Shown here in pieces: positions 55,150-64,000 of a DNA stretch of 64,000 bases. A program made the position numbers and the translations under genes. The notes beneath the pieces were generated by a model. That model was given only the letters and a program-made list of their open reading frames with translations, had not been told where the DNA came from and did no database searches. The stretch's first letter is position 1, and each line of letters begins with the position of its first letter. Source of the DNA: Octopus vulgaris (Eukaryota); the NCBI GenBank assembly GCA_951406725.2, contig OX597818.1, forward strand, positions 33,294,001 through 33,358,000. Direction: 5' to 3'.

Positions 55150-55560
55150 ATCTTTTGATGTTAAGGGTAACATCACTGCTTGTACCATATTGTTTAATGA
55201 TGCACTAAAATATAATTTGGATTGTAAGTTTCCGTTTCATATCGAAGTACAAAAAACATACTGGTGCACATAAAAAAGGTAGAAAGATTCAAGTTCTAGG
55301 GAAATGACGTTTTAATAGATGTCTCCTGTATATTTGAGGTATTGGCAGATGGTGTGGTTCGTAGCAGGTTCGGATCGGATGATATTAGAATTGGGACACA
55401 AGACAGTGTGTTTCCGACGAATGACATATATCTTTCTACAAGAAATTGTAGGGCTTCCTGGGTATATCGGAGATAATTTGGTTACGCCGGTTGCAAAAGG
55501 TAGGACAGCACCAGAACCAGGGATCTTACAAATTTGTACGAAAATAAATATCAGTTTCCC
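55150..55560 (-). mobile_element. Possible very old PLE GIY-YIG remnant
   Basis: Minus-strand fragments CPNSNII and KYTGD resemble the TC.SSN.IY…YIGET pattern. Heavily decayed. Confidence 0.3.
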
Positions 55561-56366
55561 TATTCGTTTTTATGTCAATCTATGCATCTCTAGCATCATA
55601 AGTTCTAACACACTCTGATATATAGAAACACATACATAATGTACAGCTTTATATATATATATATATATATGTATATGTAAAGACTAAGAGACACACACAC
55701 AGGCACATATATGTGTCTATGATTTTTCATGCGCTTGCTGTACATTCCTTATAAAAAACAAGCATGTAGCTATCGGTAGATATAAAAGAATGCGAAAGGG
55801 AAGCGTGTGTATCTGCAAAAGTAGTATGATTTTTCTAGGTAATTATGCATGCTCATATACGTGTTTATAAGCGTGTATGCGCATGTATGTTTATGTGAGA
55901 TGTAAACATGTGAGTGTATGTTTGAACTTAAGTAGACCATATAAAAGAGACGAGCCACTTGTCTATTAAACTATATATCTGATTTAGTAGTTGGGATTAT
56001 TCCTACTTCTTTGCATTTCCGCTTGAAATGTCATGTCTTCCAACACCTGACGATCACCTAAGCATTAACCCTGAAATTGAAATTAAAAAATATATGTATA
56101 AATGAGTACAACATGTCACAAAGGATTAGTTCTGATAAGGGAACAAAGAATCTGAATTTGTAAACCTGAGTTTAACCTCGATAAACCGTAATATTAGTAA
56201 CGGAAGAAACCTTGTGATGTTAGTGTTTCTGTCCTTTTCTTTTTCTCTCCTACCTTTTTTTTTTTTTTACGAGGCCAATAAAATATTCAGAAACCGAAAA
56301 TATAAATTTAATAAACGTTGCTATTATCCTCTTTATGAGAGTGGTGGATGAGCAAACAATATACCT

Positions 56367-56565
56367 ATTTCTTTATTGCCCACAAGGGGCTAAAAATAGA
56401 GGGGACAAACCAGTGCGTTACTGGTACTTTAATTTATCGACCCCGAAAGGATGAAAGGCAAAGTCGACCTCGGCGGAATATGAACTCAGAACGTAACGGC
56501 AGACGAAATACCGCAAAGCATTTCGCCCGGGGTGCTAACGTTTCTGCCAGCTCGCCGCCTTACAT
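56367..56565 (-). mobile_element. SINE family A (tail B) with internal deletion
   Basis: 18 bp TSD tgagcaaacaatatacct at 56349-66 and 56566-83. Confidence 0.92.
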
Positions 56566-57020
56566 TGAGCAAACAATATACCTTATGATACTTAACCATG
56601 TCTGTGTCCTATGGCCAAATACGGTTTCAGTTGGATTTCCTTTTCCATGTTCTTGAATCGATAATGTAAAATAAAATCTACAAAAAAACCCCACAAAGAT
56701 TGGATATCAGCTTGCCAGCTGTCTAACATTCTATCACAGTCGTAGATTATTATTAGAATGTTAAGTCGGGATATGAACAGGGTAAAAACACCTTTTTATT
56801 TGTTTGAATTACTCATATTTCCGTCTCTGAAGTACACGTACATAGTTACTCTAGGATAAATTCCTGCCACTCACCTCTTTGATTTTATTTTTCTGGGGTC
56901 GTTCGAAATAAGTACTATTTATTTTGTTTCGTTCGGGTTTTTGCTGGGTTTTTTTTTGCAAAACTAAGAGTAAAATTATTCTAAACGTAACCATCTCATG
57001 TTTAGAGGTATCTCGGTAGT

Positions 57021-57340
57021 GAGGGCGCGTGGCTTAGTGGTTAGGGCATTCGGCTCCTGATCGTAAGATTGTGAGTTCGATTCCCGGCGACGCGTTGTGT
57101 CCTTGAGCAAGACACTTTATTTCACGTTGCTCCAGTCCACTCAGCTGGCAAAAATGAGTTGTACTTGTATTTCAAAGGGTCAGCCTTGTCACTCTCTGTG
57201 TCACGCTGATTATCCCCGAGAACTACGTTAAGGGTACACGTGTCTGTGGAATGCTCAGCCATTTGCACGTTAATTTCACGAGCAAGCTGTTCCGTTGATC
57301 GTATCAGTTGGGACCCTCGTCGTCGTAACCGGCGGAGTCT
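57021..57340 (+). mobile_element. Full-length tRNA-headed SINE family D (head H2 + tail T1)
   Basis: A-box TGGCTTAGTGG and B-box GTTCGATTCCC, then gtgtccttgagcaagacact; TSD agaggtatctcg at 57004-15 and 57348-59. Confidence 0.9.
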
Positions 57341-57929
57341 TTTTTTAAGAGGTATCTCGTAATACAATTTTTAATGTGTCTTTTCTTATTTAATATAAAT
57401 GATTTGAGACGGATTTGGGTGTCATTTCTTGCAGAATACATCATTATGTAGAAACCCACTTATTATCTCCAGGAAAAGGGAGATTGCATCGGTTTATGCA
57501 AAGACAAATTTAAAAGACATTAGGCAAACAATCAGTCTTCTTTCAAGGCACATCAATAAAATTAAAGCCACTTAATTGTCTAGCCACGTATAGGGTTTGA
57601 AGACCAAATGCATACCATATACAATGAAGATGAGAATCATAGAAAAATTCATGCAATATGCAAATAAATAAAAAAAAAATACATTGTATGTAAAATCTGA
57701 AAGTTCACATATTCATTTGAAATCCACGAACTCCATTACACTATTTAAATCCAGATCCGAAATATTAAGCAAATGCAAGCATTGGAAAAAATTTCTGTTG
57801 GCAAACTGAAGAACATTAACCTCCCAAGATTGAGCAGTTGTCTCGCAAATTTTGGACCACTCTCCATTTAGTTAATCTATAACAAATTGTTTAATTGACT
57901 TCTAGGGTCAAAGGAAACGTAGCTGTAAT

Positions 57930-58725
57930 TTTCTTGTTTTTCTAAAATGCACCATAAATGTTCAATCGTATTGAGATCTGGGGACTGTGGTGGCCAGATA
58001 AGATGTTCAACTTCACTACAATGTTTCTCGTGCCATTCAGATACAACTTTAGCTGTGTGAATTGGTGCATTATCATCCTGAAAGATTGCATTTCCTTCCG
58101 GAAACAGTTCTGTAACCATAGGATTAATTTGATCAGATAAAATGCTTAAAAAGTCTTGTCAATTAATTCTGCCATTGGGGAAACCATTGGGCTAACAGAT
58201 TTCCAAGATTTACCCACCACCACCACCAGATCATCACAGATCCTCCTCCATGTTTAACAGTTGGAAGAAGGCAGTCTGGATTAAATGATTCTTTTGATTA
58301 TCTCCATGCGTATACTCGGCCGGTGGTCGGAAATAAGGTAAAGGACGACTCGTCCGGGAAAATAACATTCTTCCACTGCTCTAGGGACCAATTCTGTAGG
58401 TTTTACCCCACTCTAAAAGTTTTGCAACGTTTGTACTTTTTGTTTTTGAAGCTGCCCTCCCGTGAAATCCTGTGCAGCTCCCGACGAACGGTCTTTGTGG
58501 AAACTAGGTTCTAGATGAGGTCATTAAGCTCTGAGGTCATTTTGGGAGCTGTACTTTTGTGATCCTTTCTAACAATTCGTGTAAAAGTTCGACGATCCCT
58601 ATTTGAATGCCTTGGTTTTCTTCAGGAATTTTGCTTCTCAAAGGTTGTCATTACTTTTGAGACAGTACTTCTTGATACAACCAAACATTTCGGCTGTTTT
58701 CGTTACGCTAGCACCTGCCATTGTT
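57930..58725 (-). mobile_element. Tc1 (DD34E) transposase pseudogene
   Basis: AGASVTKTAEMFG; DESSFTLF..GRVYAWR; PTVKHGGGSVMIW; IFQDDNAPIHTAK..WPPQSPDLNTIEHLW. Frameshifted; TIRs not found. Confidence 0.9.
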
Positions 58726-58946
58726 TCGTACATTAATGTATGCAAAGATGATATATTATAAATGAAGGTGAATATAGTTTGATGAAATATGTTTAAACAT
58801 TGGAAAATTCTTATATCACAATAAATTGTTTCCTAACATTATTTAACACGGATTTTTCTCTCACATGATCTATTGATTGAAAATATTATTTATGATAAAA
58901 TATAATACAATGAATTATCTTTGCATACTTTAATGTACGAAACAAT

Positions 58947-59234
58947 GAGCATATGGCGTAGTGGTTAAGAGCGTGGTCTACGAACTCAAGGATTCCGTGT
59001 TCAATTCCAGGAAGTGAACTGAATAATAATAATAATAATAATATCGAAAAATACCACAGGAATGGGAACTCAGGTTCTAAATTTTCCCCAAGACGCCTAA
59101 TAAAGGCTGGAGGGTATATCAGGCGAAACGCTGTGTTAACAACAAACAACATGAGGACAAATATCCGTCAAATTTAAATAATATAACTAATGTAAATAAT
59201 GTACATAATTCCTCTTCTCTTAAATATAGAACTG
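58947..59234 (+). mobile_element. tRNA-headed SINE family E with an internal decayed hammerhead-like motif
   Basis: A-box TGGCGTAGTGG at 58954-64, B-box GTTCAATTCC at 58999-59008, (AAT)n, then gacgc-CTaATaA-a-GGCTG..CAGgC-GAAA-CG-cT-gtgtt at 59092-59137. Confidence 0.75.
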
Positions 59235-59273
59235 AATGTGCTGTGATATATTACTTTTCCGATGGTTAAATAC

Positions 59274-59458
59274 ATTTCGTCAAACTATTTCTCTCTTCAA
59301 TTATAAATTTATACACTCCTTATGTTTTTTTCTTTTGTATAAAACATATATAAAACATATTCTATGTTTTATACAAAACAGAAAATATGTACGACAAAAG
59401 AAAAAAACATAAGGAGTGTATAAATTTATAATTGAAGAGAGAAATAGTTTGACGAAAT
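59274..59458. repeat. Perfect 65 bp inverted repeat with 55 bp spacer
   Basis: 59274-59338 is the exact reverse complement of 59394-59458; a nested 16 bp inverted repeat lies at 59333-48 / 59363-78. Confidence 0.92.
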
Positions 59459-59526
59459 TCTGTTTTATACAATGATATTAAGGAAGGACCTTTATCTTTT
59501 TATACGTATCAATGGATTAGCTGAAT

Positions 59527-59586
<60 letters not shown>

Positions 59587-59784
59587 ATGTATATATAAAA
59601 GTAGATTAATGGTACAATAAGGCACCAATATTTACTGGAAAATAGCAATCGTAATAAATACGATTCTATTGTATAGCTTCACTGTGTATATACTAGCACA
59701 GATGCGTGTGTGCAAAAAAACATGAAAAAAATTTGTCTTACCTCTTGGAAGAACATCTGATAAATGGACAACCTAGAATCGAAT

Positions 59785-59857
59785 AATGCAGGACCGGTTT
59801 CTGACTCTTCAAATACGTTTGACAACGTAAATTTGATTTGTCTTCATCAGCTGCATT
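59785..59857 (-). ncRNA. Type I hammerhead ribozyme (PLE-type), intact core
   Basis: Minus strand reads AATGCAG-CTGATGA-a-[GAC..TCAAA..TACGTT gtca AACGTA TTTGA..GTC]-a-GAAA-CCGG-TC-CTGCATT: a 7 bp perfect stem I, palindromic stem III ACCGGT and a GUC triplet. Confidence 0.75.
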
Positions 59858-59914
59858 TACTTAGACAAGATTTCAAATGTTGCCACATCAATACCAGTAT
59901 ACTCGTCTGAACGC

Positions 59915-60285
<371 letters not shown>

Positions 60286-60287
60286 AC

Positions 60288-60430
60288 ATGACGGATTTCT
60301 TTCAGTTTCTCTCTACAAAATCTAGTCACAAGGCTTTAGTCGGACCGAGGTTTCAGCATAAGACACTTGGCCAAGTGCCATGCAGCGTGACCGGACCCCT
60401 AACCACATGCTTCTCACCACAAAGTCATGA
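60288..60430 (-). mobile_element. Degenerate SINE family C head
   Basis: ttctttcagttt…cacaaggctttagtcgg…aagacacttggccaagtgcca is the reverse complement of the 39961 5' half. Confidence 0.65.
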
Positions 60431-61607
60431 ATCACTGTTTTCTTGAGAAACGAAATAAATTTCTATGCCAGTACTTGACTGATACTTCAATTTATCGACT
60501 ACAGAGAAATGAAATGCAAAGTTGACCCCGGCGCAAATTTGAACTCGGAACGGAAAGAGCCAGAAGAAATTGGTTATGCATTTTTCTCCGATGCTATATC
60601 GACTCGGGCAAGAAGCTTAAATACTCGTGTTAAATAGGCAGTAGAATTAATATTATATATTGGATAATATATTAATATTGATAAAGCAGTTATCCTAAAT
60701 TCATATAGTTCCAAAATAATTTAAATATGATGATAATGTTCATTTGTGATGTGAGATAAATCAAAATCAATCAGTGTTAAGCACGTACCCTCTCCTGTGT
60801 CACCTTTATAGTACATATAATTTGTTGCGCGAAATTAAATCAAAATATCCAAATTATACAGAAAAGCGAAATAGCGATTTATTTTATTCGTTTTAACAAT
60901 GCTATCAGTACGTCTTGTTAATGCTAAGGTGATACAGTTGGGTGGAAGAGCTCCAAAGATATGATTAAATGGATAGATTCCAGAAAGTAGTTCATTACAT
61001 TAAAGTGAATGTAAATTTCGCATGTGCATTCAGTACAAGAGCACACAGAAGTTCGTTCTCTTGGAATGCTGCCTTGTTTCATTACATACCCCGGAAGGTC
61101 AGCCCAACCTATTGAACTGAAGGCTACTGCTTTTCTTAGCTGAGAATCGGACGATGCTAGATGAATGCATTCTTTCTAGAACACAATTCACTTCTAAACA
61201 CCACCTCCATTATTGCTATCAACTTCGATATGTTGGTGATTATTATGATGTCAGCGACATCAATATGGTTCATCATTAGAGCTTATCATCGACGTTGCTG
61301 TCACTTACATCAACATCGTCGTCCTCAGCTTCCTTAAATCTTCAGTATCTCTCTCATCTCCTCTCTCTTTTTCTGTCTCTCCCCTCTTTTCTTTCTCTCT
61401 CTCTCTCTTTCTCTCTCTTTCTCCATGTATCTATCTATCTATCTAGCTAGCTAGCTATCCAACTCTCTACCTCCCCCTCACTTTCTCTGTATATATACAC
61501 ATATATATACATTTTCTCATATATATACATACACACATATATATATATACATATATATGTAGATATATATATGCATATATATATATATATATATATATAA
61601 TATGTAT

Positions 61608-61641
<34 letters not shown>

Positions 61642-61682
61642 TTATATGCATATATATATATATATATATATATAATATGTAT

Positions 61683-61715
<33 letters not shown>

Positions 61716-61862
61716 CCAGAGTAAGCACATAAATGTTAAGAAAGGTGGAAAAAATAGTACTCGAATACCGGAGGTAGAGTAATATGCTTTATTAATAAAG
61801 TGTATGTATGTATATATATATACATACTGTAGCAATCTTGTTAGTGTAGTGACGCTTGATTG

Positions 61863-61911
<49 letters not shown>

Positions 61912-61914
61912 CTA

Positions 61915-62690
61915 TAGTCCAGCAGATGAACTGCAGGGAGAGGCTGAAAGAACTACCAGTCTACTCCCTATATCGCAGACGTGAGGGATATGTAATAATT
62001 TACAAGTGGAAAACAATGAAAGGGCTAGTACCCAATTTTGGCATCAAGTGTTATATTAATGCTTGTAGTGGATGCCATTGGAGGCGCAATGGCCCAGTGG
62101 TTAGGGCAGCGGACTCGCGGTCATAGGATCGCGGTTTCGATTCCCAGACCGGGCGTTGTGAGTGTTTATTGAGCGAAAACACCTAAAGCTCCACGAGGCT
62201 CCGGCAGGGGATGGTGGTGATCCCTGCTGTACTCTTTCACCACAACTTTCTCTCACTCTTACTTCCTGTTTCTGTCGTACCTGTATTTCAAAGGGCCAGC
62301 CTTGTCACGCTGAATATCTCTGAGAACTACGTTAAGGGTACACGTGTCTGTGGAGTGCTCAGCCACTTACACGTTAATTTCACGAGCAGGCTGTTCCGTT
62401 GATTCAGATCAACCGGAACCCTCGTCGTCGTAACCGACGGAGTGCTTCCAAGTGGATGCCATTGCATAGTATCGAAGGCACCGTCCAATGCATTTAATAT
62501 AAGAACCAAGTACTGCAATAGCCTAGGGTTCAGAGGACCACAGCTCTTAATGCTCTGCCAAAACAATTGAGAAACTTAAAAGATAGAGATCTGGAAATCA
62601 TCAAAAAGAAACTGGACACTTTCCTATCCACAATACCAGACCACCCAATGGCTCGACATGTGACACAGTTGAGGGCAGCAGTGAAAGGAC
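61915..62690 (+). mobile_element. Decayed CR1-clade LINE 3' fragment interrupted by a SINE
   Basis: MNCRERLKELPVYSLYRRREGYVIIYKWKTMKGLVPN before the SINE; NSLGFRGPQL and KKELDTFLSTIPD after it. Confidence 0.78.
62081..62450 (+). mobile_element. tRNA-headed SINE chimera (head H1 + tail T1)
   Basis: 14 bp TSD agtggatgccattg at 62067-80 and 62451-64. Head as at 50443; tail as at 57160-57340. Confidence 0.92.
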
Positions 62691-63010
62691 ATAGTCCTTA
62701 TGCTCAAAGAGGTGACATAGTTCAAATATTTCCAACAGAGTCGTAGGCGCAAAAATAACCCAAGTAGCCATGTAGTGGTCTTCTACTGAGCGACTGATAT
62801 TAGACCTAGATGCAAAAGCTGGAACATTTCTGTCAATAAACCACCGAGAAGATGAATGGAAAATTTGATGCCGGACGGATTTGAAAGCAGAAAGTGACAT
62901 GAATCTAAACTTTTGATTTAATGAGCTAGCTCATCAAACTAACCTGCTTACACCTCCTCTGTCAGTACTTTCTATATTTATCTATCTACCTATAATACAT
63001 ATACATGTAA

Positions 63011-63070
<60 letters not shown>

Positions 63071-63469
63071 GTATATAGTTTACAGTTTATTTAAATTAAG
63101 TTAACGGAAAGGTACGCCGCACACTGTGAGCTAGATATTATTTAATGTACAAAGTATACAGTTACGAGCAACTAATAGTTTCATCCATTGCTGATGTAGC
63201 GCAGTTGCGACCAGAAGTTTTCAGCAAGTGCAAACATATGGATAAATAACTGTTGGCAAATTGGAATTCACCACCCACTTCAAATTAAGCAGCTGTTCCA
63301 CAGATTGTGGACCCCTCTCCGTTGATTCATTCTACAACACTAGCTTTATCAAGGTTTTACAGTCAAAAGAAACATAACTCTAATCTTCTTTTATCTTTCT
63401 TTCACTTTTCTGGTTTTCTTTTTCCAGCCTTCCAAATTTTTCTCGTAGTTTTCCTTGATCTAGCATCCT

Positions 63470-63860
63470 GATTTCTAAATTGTTCAGGCAATGTGCTCAG
63501 TGACATGATAATTGTTTGGAAACACAAGGTGTGTTTTAATGAAACAACCTAGACTGTGAATTATAAGGTAGGGGGTTCTATTACGATTGACTAATAGGAT
63601 TTACGCTGTGTATTTTGCGCTTTAAGGTCGTGGATACGCGTAGCTAAAGATGTAGAGAATTTGGTTTTAGTATTAAGGGAATCCATATATGCGCGATATC
63701 TATTCTTAAAATCTATAGTACTCTCTGCATATATCATTGCTTGGTGATTGTGAGGTGCTGACACAATGCATTTGTATATGACATTTTTGCTTAGGCAAAA
63801 TCCTTCAAGAAGGCATAAATTGGGTACACGAGAGTTACAAGATTTTTTGTTATAGAAATA
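63470..63860 (-). mobile_element. Penelope-like GIY-YIG endonuclease remnant
   Basis: SCNSRVPNLCLLEGFCLSKNVIYKCIV…YAEST.DFKNRY…STSLATRIHDLK matches the PLE pattern CNCR…CPL.G.CL…VIYK..V…YIG.T…FK.RY…ST.L…I..LK. Confidence 0.75.
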
Positions 63861-64000
63861 GTGTCGCTCAAGTGAGTTTAATCCAGGTCGGCAGGTGACC
63901 GGCAGGCGTAAGTCCAAGTCGGAGCCCACAACACAACCGGACTAGATGGCTCCGCCGCAGCTAGTATTCACTATTCGGAGATCTAGATTTCGAGCTACTT

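Noticed and set aside
57021-57095. Functional tRNA genes (also at 50370, 58947 and 62081)
   Set aside because: A and B boxes are present, but the cloverleaf pairing is incomplete and each continues into a SINE body, most with TSDs.

Overview
Eukaryotic, AT-rich, microsatellite-saturated DNA that looks intronic or intergenic. The repeat repertoire resembles that of an octopus or other cephalopod; this is inference from recognised repeat types, not a database match. No host protein-coding exon, rRNA, true tRNA or CRISPR array can be supported, and almost all listed ORFs are microsatellite translations or antisense to transposons. The window holds at least four tRNA-headed SINE families with interchangeable heads and tails, remnants of RTE/BovB, CR1, L1/Tx1 and Penelope-like (PLE) retroelements, a CsRN1-type Gypsy LTR element, maT and Tc1 transposons, and several MITEs. 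Two signals stand out. (1) A set of type I hammerhead ribozymes with palindromic stem III, the PLE-type form: two have intact cores (13526-13630 +, 59785-59857 -), several are decayed, one decayed pair sits in a ~285 bp palindrome, and one is inside a tRNA-headed SINE. (2) The dominant SINE has a tail variant homologous to the 3' end of the Tx1/L1 LINE in this window. It appears to prefer GGTATTT-like targets, a motif present in its own body, which would explain its head-less concatemers.
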